Assembly: GCF_006345805.1 (NCBI RefSeq)
Contig: NW_021833414.1
Coordinates: 1-27,486, forward strand
Reading direction: 5' to 3'
DNA: 27,486 bases
Source: Octopus sinensis
Taxonomy: Eukaryota
Part shown: positions 11,344 to 21,791 of the stretch, in pieces
Layout of the letters: the number at the start of each line of letters is the position of its first letter
Numbering within the stretch: position 1 is the first letter of the stretch
Position numbers and translations under genes: made by a program
The notes under the pieces: generated by a model
The model's database searches: none
What the model saw: only the letters and a program-made list of their open reading frames with translations
What the model was told of the DNA's origin: nothing

Positions 11344-11449
11344 GTACTCTCTACTACCACTGACACTGACTGACAGTATTTATAACTACTATCACACACC
11401 ACTCGTCTCGTGGGAGGGGTGTCCCCAAATTACTATTATCCTCATAACA
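11340..11449 (-). repeat. 3' LTR (U3 with TATAAATA; distal end truncated)
   Basis: Starts TGTTATGAGGATAAT after the PPT-like aacttaaaacgagaga; 11340-11375 matches 13381-13416. Confidence 0.8.
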
Positions 11450-11688
11450 TCTCTCGTTTTAAGTTTTCTTTTTTGCTTAGGGAATATAATTTTATTTCTT
11501 TTAATAGCTATAATTTTTACATTACCCCAGTTTTTCTTTCGTTTTTTTTTATACAATTACAAATTTAATATTTTTTTCGTTTGGCATCCACTTCCAGGAA
11601 CTCCGTAATTTTCTTTTTCTTACGCTTTTGCGTCTGGATTCAATTATTCGTAGTGGCGTTGGTACTTGAAAAGTATGATATAACCATT

Positions 11689-12165
11689 TCATTGGTTCTT
11701 CCATTCTCTTGGGTTCGCTCTCAACGAATGTATATCAAGTATGATAATCATGCCAGCTTCCCAACTTTGATTTCCGTTCTTATGTGCCCTAACAAATACC
11801 TTTTCACCAGTTTTGAAATCTCTTGCTGTATTTCCTCTTCCAATTTTTCTTTTCTTGCCAGGCAGCAAGTTGTCGAAGACTGTTGTTATTTTCCTCGCAA
11901 ACATCAACTCCGCTGGTGACATGTCTGCTAGTGAGGTTGGTTTTGGTGTCACGTAGTATATATTTAAGAATTGTTGTAGTGTTACCTCATCTGTGACTTC
12001 CTTATTTGACTTTCTTAGGGCTCTCTTGAACGTATCAACAAAGCGTTCTGCTTGTCCGTCAGATCTGGGATGGTATGGCGCCGTGGTTACATGTTCTACA
12101 GCGAATGTTTTACAAAACTTTTTAAACTCGAAAGACACAAATTACTTTCCATTGTCAGGCAATGT
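11689..12165 (-). pseudogene. Gypsy integrase C-terminal half
   Basis: [47 protein letters not shown]...SPAELMFARK; second D and E of the DD35E triad. Confidence 0.93.
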
Positions 12166-12319
12166 CGTTTGAGGAGGTTGGATTTTTGCCCTTATAAATT
12201 TCTCGCCATTTGTCAACTGCATTTTTAAACTTATATTTTAAATTTACACATTTATAAATTTCTTCTTTGTTATATTACCATTTTCTTTCGACAAAATCTT
12301 GTTTATTCTGTTTTCTTTA

Positions 12320-13200
12320 TTCCAAAGTTTTGTCCTCTTGGTTCTACAGTGCCCTTTGCAGTGTCAAATTTCTCCACAGCGGAAACATTCCGCTTTCTTA
12401 AATGGGCAGTTTTTTCTCCGGTGTAGAACTCCACATGCAAAATATAGTTTTGTTTCCTGATGTTTGTCCTGTTCGTACTATATTTTAGAACACACTTGAT
12501 TTCTATTCTACATGTTTCGCCCTTGGGAGCAATTTTTATGTTCAATTTTCTCTGTGTCGTGTCTTAAATTTACTCTTCTTTCACACTCTTCTGACTTCTT
12601 GTCAGGTTCCCGCCTGGGTTTGTTCCAACTTGGCGAAAATTCTTGTTCTTATTTGTTACTTTTTCTGTAGTTAGTCCCTGAGTAAATATCAGGCACTTAA
12701 ACATGTCTGGTGTTAACTTGTCCGGTTTGAACTTTTTACATCCTCTGTTAACTCTACAAGCATATGTGATGTAGTCCTCCTCCTTGTTGCTCTTTTCTAG
12801 GTTCAAATCTTTCCAGCCTGTATTGAACGACGAGCTTTTATTGCTAAAAGGTTTACGCAATATGTCTATCGAATTTTAAAGTTTATGTCAGAAGGATTTT
12901 TCGGGAGTACGTAATTGTTGTAACGCACTCTTTATTGAAGATTTGTTCGTATTTTCTATAGCAAGCCTCGAGGGTAACTCCTTCATCAGGATCATACCTA
13001 AACTCTGTTATTGAGTTTTAAACATAATCTGTGGAGAACTTTCTTTTAACATTTTCTGACCATTCACTATTCATTAATTGCAGCATTTGACGCTGTAATA
13101 GTAATTGTTGCTGCTTCTGCTGTTGTTCTTCCAGTTGCTGTTGTTGTTGCTGCTTTTGCAACTCGAGCAAACCGGTCAATAAATCTTCTTCCGGGATTTT
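12320..13200 (-). pseudogene. Gypsy gag remnant with poly-Q stretch and double zinc knuckle
   Basis: Hand translation NSITEFRYDPDEGVTLEACYRKYEQIF, LTPDMFKCLIFTQGL, FACGVLHRRKNCPFKKAECFRCGEI*HCKGHC; frameshifts and stops present. Confidence 0.85.
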
Positions 13201-13276
13201 ACGATTTGGTATGCCCTAAAATTCGCAGAAAAAAAAACTACTTGTGAGTCTGTTAATTCCTTATAAGTTTGTTAAT

Positions 13277-13289
13277 TCCTCGTCGCTGC
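13277..13289 (-). other. Primer-binding site (decayed TGGCGACGAGGA type)
   Basis: Minus strand ...agaaca|gcagcgacgagga directly after the LTR-terminal CA. Confidence 0.7.
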
Positions 13290-13456
13290 TGTTCTAATGC
13301 GCTGTCGGACTGTTGTAGCGCCCACTGCCGTTTAGCAGTATAGTAAGTTAGACAAGACCACCACTATCTATGACCGTCTACTTCGTACTCTCTACTACCA
13401 TTGACACTGACTGGCATACCAGTCGTCATTATCCCTATAAAATTATCCCTGTAACA
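13290..13456 (-). repeat. 5' LTR (TGTT...AACA, central U3 deleted)
   Basis: Starts TGTTACAGGGATAAT, ends TAGAACA; shares its first 15 nt (approximately) and a 36-nt block with the 3' LTR. Confidence 0.8.
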
Positions 13457-13467
13457 CAGAATCTATG

Positions 13468-13562
13468 ATAGAAAACTTGTGCTCAAAATGTCGAGTGGTG
13501 GAAAAGAACCTGAAACCGCATGGTTGCAAAACGAATCTCTTAACCACACAGCCATACACCGA
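13468..13562 (-). mobile_element. SINE family A head fragment, diverged
   Basis: Reverse complement reads gtatggctgtgtggttaagagattcgttttgcaaccatgcggtttcaggttc. Confidence 0.65.
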
Positions 13563-13800
13563 CCATATGAAATATGTGATTGCGAATCGTGTGAGAGCAA
13601 TAAAAAAACACAGCTTCTTGGCTTGATTCCAAGACACACGAGCCACAATAGATAAATATGGCATGAAATCGGTTTATTGAAATATCAATACAATTCCATT
13701 GTTTTGTACCAAAATTAAGTGGCTCTGTCTGTGTTGTTTACAAAGAAAGGAATCTGTGTATTTTACGGCAAAATTGGTTGTGTTTTTATCGGTTTTATTT

Positions 13801-14186
13801 GCGCATGCGTGACTGTGTGGTAAAGCGCTTGTTTCCCGACCACATGGTTCCGAGTTCAGTCCCGCTGCGTGGCAACTTAGGAAAGTGTATTCTACTAAAT
13901 CCTCGGGTCGATCAAAGCCTTGTGAGTGTTTTTGGTAGACGGAAACTGAAAGAAGCCCATCGTATGTATATATATATGTATGTTTGTGTGTGTGCGTACG
14001 TGTGTGTATGCGAACACATATGTGCTCGTGTCCCTCACCACTGCTTGAAATCGGTTTTGGTATGTTTACGTTCCCGTGTCTTAGTGGTTCGGCCGATGGA
14101 ATATATTCCAGGCTTCAAAAATTATTCAAAGGGGTGCCCTAGCATGGCCGCAGTCCAATAACTGAAAGAAATAAAAGAACAAAAGA
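13801..14186 (+). mobile_element. SINE family A, diverged
   Basis: Head gactgtgtggtaaagcgcttgtttcccgaccacatggttccgagttcagtccc through to tail agcatggccgcagtccaataactgaaag. Confidence 0.88.
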
Positions 14187-14329
14187 CAAAGCCGTTGGTT
14201 AAGACAGATCTAAAAGAGGATGAAAGTCCGACCAGTTAGAGAATTCAAAATTTCTCTCAAGGACGATTTAATATAAATATGTTATAAAAATGCTTTAAAA
14301 CAAAGTGATGTTATGTTGCCAACTTAATG

Positions 14330-14525
14330 TGGCAGTCCCATGAAAGGGAAGAATGCTACTGTTATTTAGCCCTAGGAAACACTGTTTCCTGTTGGACTTG
14401 ACACATTTCCTGTGTCCTTATGTTTTCAAAGGGAGAGACAAGCACCTCCACTCAGCAAAGCCAGCACCCAGAGACTAGTTTCAGAGTCATTGCTCATCAT
14501 CAGTCTGGAGTAGAATGGCTTGCTA
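14330..14525 (-). mobile_element. Putative Penelope-like or retrozyme-like repeat carrying the hammerhead motif
   Basis: Non-SINE, higher-GC segment containing the hammerhead; family assignment and boundaries inferred; no GIY-YIG or RT coding seen next to it. Confidence 0.4.
14467..14509 (-). ncRNA. Minimal type I hammerhead ribozyme motif
   Basis: Minus strand UCCAGA-CUGAUGA-U-GAG-CAAUGA-CUC-U-GAAA-CUAG-UC-UCUGGG: complete core, stem I, stem II, palindromic stem III, GUC cleavage triplet. Confidence 0.75.
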
Positions 14526-14832
14526 GAATTCGATGAGTATTCGTCTTTAAAAACATAAATATTTCAAGTGAAATGCATTCACTTATTGCCTTAAAACAAT
14601 TTACCTGAAAATAACATCTCTAAGAAGCGAAAGTTACTTTAAATCTTCAAATGAGAGCATCGTAGTATAACAAACACACACAGAATAACGCAGTTCAAGA
14701 TGGAAGACGAAACAAAAAGAAAACTTTCTCTCTCTCTCTCTCTCTCTCACACGCGCGCATTCACACACGCACAAAGAGATGGTGTGATCATGGCTAGACT
14801 ACCTGTGATCATAGGTCAAACCTGGAGCTAAA

Positions 14833-14866
<34 letters not shown>

Positions 14867-15015
14867 GTCATCATCATCATCATCATCCTCACCATCATTA
14901 ACAACAACTATAAGAACAAGAACGACGACGACGACGACGACAACAACAACAACACCACCACCACCAACAACAACACCACCACCACTACCACCACCACCAC
15001 CAACAACAACCACAG
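14833..15015. repeat. Compound trinucleotide repeat (CAT)n-(CAA)n-(GAC)n-(CAA)n-(CAC)n
   Basis: Visible repeats; follows a retroposon-tail-like gtgatcatggctagac...gagctaaa segment. Confidence 0.95.
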
Positions 15016-17019
15016 CTACAGCCACACCAACAACGACCTTTGCTACATTTCGACATGCAGCTGTGTAGCTAGAATTCCAAAGTTGCATCAATAATGAGTT
15101 TGTTTAAGGATAAAGGAATTAGACTTATCTCTCTTGGCTGACAAAACTGTAGGATTGATAGCAGAAGAATTGAATTAGTAAACCATTGTTTTATAATTTA
15201 ATTTGAAGATGGCGAGCCATGCCCATAACTAATCTCGATCAGCGAAATTTATAAGTTTGTATATGTTTTTATGCTGTAGAGAGAAAGTGGAATCTGATGT
15301 TTTGGGATTGACTTGTTGTCTTAGAAAGTTCTATGCAAATTTTACAAAAGAGCTTCACGGTAGAATAATATTTTTATAGTCGCGGGCCATTGTCAGCTTT
15401 TCTTTTATGACAGAAGTCAAATTTTATGTACTATTTTAAACTAGTGAGTCCCAAAACAGGAAGTACATGGCTCCGAAGGAGGAATTTTAAAGGAATTTTA
15501 AAACGGTCAAATTTTAATAATGGGAAGAAATCCAAACTGGAATTGTGCAGACTGAAACGGTAATGTCAATAGTGTATGGTCTATACAATTAAAAATGACA
15601 TGGACGATTCTTTCTTGTATTGGGATTCACGGTCAAACGGCTGGGTGGAATTGCGCAAAAAATTACGCAGATGTGTAGAATGATCCGGTGGTGATGCTGG
15701 GTTTTGTATTTTTGTCATAGCTCCCATGGTTACCGAGATTATCTACTATAGTAAATACTCTTGTGTTTATGAATAAGGAAGGAAGGGGTGATGTCAAACT
15801 TGGTAGTGGGATGATGAAAATTGTACACTGAAAAAATAAATCAAACAGCGTTTCAACTCTGTGTGAATATATGTGTGTGTATGTAAGGAGGGGATGTATG
15901 TGTGTGTTTGTTTGTGTTTGTATGTGTTTTTGTGTGTGTGTACGTGTGCGCACGGAATGAAAGTGGGATGGTTCATCTTTGTTTGCTTAGTATTTGTGTT
16001 TATTTTTTGATTTGGTTGAATCTTGGTTGTTTTTTTTTCTTGTTGGTCAGTTATTTTTAGCGTTTTGACAGAAAAATGTCATTCTAAAATTATATTTTGA
16101 CGTAAGCGTGCCCAAGCAAGTCGAATGCTTATACAGAGCAGGTTTTACAGCCACATCATCCAAACCGATCGGGTAAAACCGGGCTTAGCTGCCAGTTAAA
16201 TATAAAACGAACGTCTATAAACACATCTGAATAAAAGCGATCACGAGTCAACATTTCACCGTAAATAAATGTCATAATAAAACGTGAAGAGCACGATAAA
16301 AGGCGAGAATGGAAACGACGACATCGAAATTCATCCATATTGCTTTCCAGCAGATCCGAACGTGAATATGTTAATTGTTGATGTGCTTCGTCACTGGAGA
16401 ACCTCTGCTTTCCGACGAATGAGCGTTCATAACATACTCGCCTCATTAGCGTAAGAGGACTTCGTGGCGACAGATGCTTCGACATCATTGTGTCTCCTCT
16501 GCCCAAAGCTATCTCGGAATAATGAATTTAACAAGAATTTGCGGTTCTTATAAATTTAGTTAAACAAATTATTTGCTGCTGCGTGCTGACACCCGCCAAA
16601 TGATAACAAATGGTTATGTTCAGAACCGTTAATAAATGTCATTTTACACTTAATTCCGTTTAGAGAATATTTAATTATTGAGTTTAAAAAGGTCGTCCAT
16701 ATTAATATAATTCTCGACAGACTATTAACAATTCTGGTTGTTACAAGTTGCTCTTTCCCAATGTATAATGTACATGTATAATGTTGTTACATACATTGAC
16801 TAAAGTACGAAGACGCCTTAACATTTGTGTGAGATAAACTTAGAGCAAAACTAACAGGGTTTCTTCTTCGGTTTTGGTAGCCTAGTTTTGCTGTATGCAG
16901 GCCACAGTAAATATTAAATCAAAAAGAAATTATTATCCTCTTTTATTTTCTGATGGCTGTCCCAAAGACATGCTTAGGCATTCAGTCAATTATAAACAAG
17001 GATTTCTTTTCTCATTTTG

Positions 17020-17410
17020 TTGCATCCCAACCACATGGTTCCGGGTTCAGTCCTGCTGCATGGCACTTTGGGAAAATATCTTCTGCTCTAGTCTCGGGCC
17101 GACCGAAGCCTTGTGAGTGAATTTGGAAGACGGAAACTGAAAGAAACCCATCGTATACATACACCGGTGTGTGTTACGTGCGTGTGTGCATGTGTGTGTC
17201 TTTGTGTCTCCCCAATACCGATTGACGACCGGTGTTGGTGTATTTACGTCTCCGTAATCTAGCGGTTTGACAAAACAATCTGGTAGAATAAGGACCAGAC
17301 TAAAAAAAAGAATTATAAATACTGGAGTAAGTCGATACTTTCGACTAAAATTCTTCAAGGCGAGGCTCCAGCATGGCTACAGTCTAATGACTGGAAGAAG
17401 TAAAAGATAA
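17020..17410 (+). mobile_element. SINE family A, 5'-truncated, diverged
   Basis: cccaaccacatggttccgggttcagtcc through to ccagcatggctacagtctaatgactggaagaagtaaaaga. Confidence 0.88.
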
Positions 17411-18103
17411 AAAATAAAAAACAGATTGTTCCAATAATTAGTACTGAATGAGTAAAATGGTGCGAAAGATTCCTTCGTGACTGTTTTCATCAAGGGAGAA
17501 ATGGAACAAAACTGGGGGGAAATGTTGGAACTAAAAGAAAACAAATATAACCTGTGACCGTAAGAATTTCTTTTCTAAACCATTTTATATTGATGTAGGT
17601 AGGACTGAAGTTAATTAAAATGAATGAAATTCATATTGTTAATGATGAACTTCAAACTTGTAAGGAAATAATTGAAGGACCGGATGATATATGAGCAACA
17701 TCCAGGAAACGTTTTTGCCAAATATTTAGTTCTGAGCCTTGGAGAAAGTCTTTTGGAAGTAATGGAAATGCCATTTGTTTTCCATGATTTTTTTCCCTTT
17801 GTTAGGCATAAGAGGGGGATTGCGGAGCAGCCATTTCAAAGAGGTTGAATGAAAGAATATTGAGTTAGAAAACAAAGATGTCGATAAGATGATCAAGTGA
17901 TATCTAAGGATGACAGAATAGCAGAATGGCTGAATGGCAGAATGGCAGATATAATCAACGGAAAGAAATTGAAGAAAGATTCTGGAATTAATAGGTTTGT
18001 CAAAACACATGATCAAATTTGATGTTTCATTTCATGGTAGAGTGAATATATTCTTCAGGAATCATCTAACAAATATAGAGACTTAGTGAGCCATTATGAC
18101 AGT

Positions 18104-18475
<372 letters not shown>

Positions 18476-18739
18476 CCCTGTCAAGATTATCTCTGTGGCA
18501 TTATCGACCTTCGTCCTAATCGTCCTGTCTTTAAGAGACAGAAAACATTTATTTTCCAGCGAATAATTTGCAGTATCAGTCGGTTCACCTTTTGAAAAAA
18601 AACTGTCAGGATTTTATTTTGATAGTTTCTTCGACATATTAAATAAACCCAGAGCTTCTCATGTTTGCTTACGAATATAAATTCTATAATTGCTCTTTTC
18701 TTTCGTTTCTGGAATGCAACCCCCCCCCCCAACACACAC

Positions 18740-18773
<34 letters not shown>

Positions 18774-18967
18774 GTATATTAATGTTTGTTTTTATGTTCA
18801 TACATAATAAAAGCAATTTTGTTTGTATTAAACTGAGGGAGTTACTCTATACTTTAGTCGAGTACAAATTCGTTATTCTTATATAAGATTGTTGTTGACA
18901 TTGACTTCAAAATGTCTGCCAGCTAAGTCACTATCAATAATAATATTGTTTAAGAATGATATATAAA

Positions 18968-19099
18968 TTACATGGGAAAATGTGAGCAAGAGAAATAATA
19001 TTCTTAAGAACTTTTCCAAGTTCTTAAGAATTTGTCTTTTACTTTTCCAGTTTTATAATTTTCAGAATATTATTTCTCTTGCTCGCATTTACCATGTAA
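18968..19099. repeat. Palindromic (foldback) element with a deletion in the left arm
   Basis: 18968-19004 is the reverse complement of 19064-19099 (about 3 differences); inner palindrome attcttaagaact-tttcca-agttcttaagaat. Confidence 0.85.
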
Positions 19100-19284
19100 T
19101 CCATGTTTTTTTTTTCATGCTATGCTACTATGCTAATTAATAATGTACCAATTGTGTCAATAAGCGGTGTCGTTGATAATTTTTTCCTTACCTCAATGAC
19201 ACCGATGACAGATATTAAAAGACCCCTTATAGAACTATATTCATAAAAAGGTATAAAACTATATTATCACTCTCAAATTTGATA

Positions 19285-19289
19285 TATAC

Positions 19290-19324
<35 letters not shown>

Positions 19325-19420
19325 TGCGTATTTGTGTGTGTGTGTGTGTGTGTTGTGTGTGTGTGCGTGTGTGTATGTATGAGTGTGTTTGTGTGTTAGT
19401 GTGAGTGTGTGTGTATATAT
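19285..19420. repeat. (TATG)n-(TG)n microsatellite
   Basis: Visible tandem repeats. Confidence 0.93.
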
Positions 19421-19614
19421 GTATACACTTCCTTTTTGGAACGCTAAATCTCGAAGTCTTCGACTTTATATAAAAGAGCTTTTAAACCTATTCTTTGCAA
19501 TCTTTTATTCAGAGATTTACGTGCTTCGGCTTTCCTTGTTCCAAAAGAAAGAATTATTTCACGTTCCCTCGAAAGTTCATAAATTCTAACGACGTCAACA
19601 TGCATGCATACTTA

Positions 19615-19775
19615 CAATGCACACACACACACACACACACATACATACATACATACATACATACATACATACATACATACATACATACATACATACATAC
19701 ATACATACATACATACATACATACATACTTACATACATGCGTAGATACATATACACACACACACATTTCATATAT
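19615..19775. repeat. (CA)n-(TACA)n microsatellite
   Basis: Visible tandem repeats. Confidence 0.95.
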
Positions 19776-20664
19776 ATCTACATAAGTCTTTGTCTCTTGT
19801 AAATGTCAAGTTCAAATGTAATTACAAGATAATTGTCTTAAATTTGTCGTTAACTGAAATAAAATATTTCGGTTCAGACCTAGGTCGAGGTTGCGTAACC
19901 TGAAGAATATTATAGAATTAAAGTGATCGTCGAAATGTTGACCAGATTAGACATATCGAATGATGAGTTCCATATTCCGATGACCATATTCCTGCATATA
20001 GATTATCTGATCGGAACTATTCCATTATGTCTTCTGTAGACTACAACATCTTCCTCTTGCTATTTCTCCCTTTGAAAATAAAGAACAGAATTCCACACAC
20101 TGTCTTAAACAAAATTCATCCCAAGAAATCTGTTGATAATTGCTTACTTAAGTCATGTAAATTGTGTTTTAAGAGACAAAGGAGCCAAAGAACCTTGATT
20201 ATATTTGTGCGGTTCAATGAAAATATTTTACGTCATTTAATTAGAAGAGGAAGAACCACATTCATGATTCAGTTAAGAGCCCTTAAAATCTTTGAGAGTG
20301 AAGAATGAAAGAGGAAAATATCCTCAGACCAAAAATGCTCGAAACAATGATTTCTGCTAAAAGCAACTTAGCAAAGCCAAACCTAGATTTACTAGTCGTT
20401 TGGGTTACAGAAATTGTGAGGTTGCAGGAATATTTTCCAAAGACAAAAAGGTATTGTCAAAATTAAATATAATGCCTATTTTTGTATTCCCCATACAGAC
20501 CAGTCAAATTGCTGAAGTGAAGAATTTCTGGCAGAAATTCAGGTCTGGTGTTATCTGAGTAGATCTTGTGAGATTTGGCCTGTTGTTGAAATGTCCTTAT
20601 CATTTATTAATGGAAATTCGACCAGGAAACGAAGCAAGGAATCAATATTTTCCTAAGCTTCATA

Positions 20665-20868
20665 GGCGGTGAGCTGACAGAATCGTTACCACGCTGGACA
20701 GCGGCGTTTCTTCCGACATCACGTTCTGTGTTCAAATGCTGCCGCGGTCGACTTCACATTTCATTATTTCGGCTTCGATAAAATAAGTACCAGTTGAATA
20801 CTGGGGTCGATGTAATCGACTTACCCCTTCCCTCGAACTTGCTCGCCATGTGCTAAAATTTTAAACAT
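20665..20868 (+). mobile_element. SINE family D (first of a tandem pair)
   Basis: ggcggtgagctgacagaatcgtt head; aataagtaccagttgaatactggggtcgatgtaatcgactt module. Confidence 0.88.
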
Positions 20869-20872
20869 TTAA

Positions 20873-21083
20873 GGTAACAGAATCGTTACAACGCCGAGCA
20901 AAAAGCGCAGCGGCATTTCGTCCGTTTTTACGTTCTGAGTTCCAATGCCATCGAGGTCAGCTTTGCCTATCATTCTTTCGGGGTCGATAAAATAAATTCC
21001 AGATGTGGGATGGGGTCGATATAATAATTTTTTCTCTTCAAGCGAACTTGCCGGTGCCGAGCCAAAGTTTGAACTCCATATTT
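20873..21083 (+). mobile_element. SINE family D (second of a tandem pair)
   Basis: aacagaatcgttacaacgccg...cgttctgagttcc...ggggtcgataaaataa. Confidence 0.85.
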
Positions 21084-21168
21084 ATCTCATCCGCAATACA
21101 ATGAGAAAGAGCTGATAATATATTGTCTATGATGGGTTGATATGCTTAAACTTTTCTCTTTTCTACAG

Positions 21169-21270
21169 ACCAGGATTGTTGACTTACATTCTTTTTCTGT
21201 TCCAATGCTTTCGTCGGTTTTGTTCATCACAGTATTTCTACATTTTGCACTGATCAAGCAGCTTAGATGA
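21169..21270 (+). CDS. Candidate coding exon with a hydrophobic segment (unverified)
   Basis: Strong acceptor cttttctcttttctacag; phase 0 gives TRIVDLHSFSVPMLSSVLFITVFLHFALIKQLR*, phase 2 gives PGLLTYILFLFQCFRRFCSSQYFYILH*; no homolog recognised. Confidence 0.22.
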   Translation, partial: TRIVDLHSFSVPMLSSVLFITVFLHFALIKQLR

Positions 21271-21571
21271 AAAAAAAAAATAGATAGATAAAATCAAAAA
21301 TCAAAATCAAGATATAGTTTTAAGAAGTCCAATCTTTTTTAAATCGAAAGTACGCATTACCGGGTGCGATTTGTTTTGCCTGTTCGCCAGGAAGAGAGTT
21401 TTGAGTCTATGGCTCGCTAATTCGCCAAAACATCATTGTTTTCAGTCGTAAAGACAAAACCATGCGGCGCCGGCTTTTTGTGTCTTTCTGGAGTATTAAA
21501 GTGAAACAAAATTGCGTCCACAGTGGATTTGAAGAGTTAATAACAAATTCAAGTTTCATTGTTGTACAAGA

Positions 21572-21791
21572 TTAACCTTTGCTTCTGTAGGCACAAAGCC
21601 TGAACATTTTGAGGAAGAGGAAAATCATATATATCGACCCCAGTGCTTAACTGGTGCTTATTTTATCGACTTCGAAAGGACAAAAGGCAGAGTCGACTAC
21701 AGCGAAATTTGAACATGAGCTCAGAACGTATATCCGGAAGAAATGCAGTTAATTATTTTGTCCGGCAAGCCAACGATACTGCCACCTCACC
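21572..21791 (-). mobile_element. SINE family D, reverse orientation
   Basis: atcgaccccagtgcttaactggtgcttattttatcgac...ctcagaacgta...aacgatactgccacctcacc is the reverse complement of family D. Confidence 0.88.

Larger units (their letters stand above)
11340..13456 (-). mobile_element. Ty3/Gypsy LTR retrotransposon (K02A2.6-like), internally deleted
   Basis: Two partial LTRs, PBS, gag with double zinc knuckle, C-terminal half of integrase, decayed PPT; no protease, RT or RNase H seen. Confidence 0.92.

Noticed and set aside
12960-13000. CTGATGA on the minus strand
   Set aside because: Part of the gag YDPDEG codons; no GAAA or stems follow
14828-15091. 87-aa ORF with poly-V, poly-G and poly-D
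   Set aside because: Fully explained by the compound trinucleotide repeat; no splice or homology support
17430-18050. Possible LINE ORF1 relic (KYLVLSLGESLLEVMEMPFVFH)
   Set aside because: Resemblance is vague and there are many stops; cannot be supported without a profile search
19895-19945. Second hammerhead-like pattern CTGAAGA...GAAATGTT
   Set aside because: No stem I complement around the core and no credible stem II
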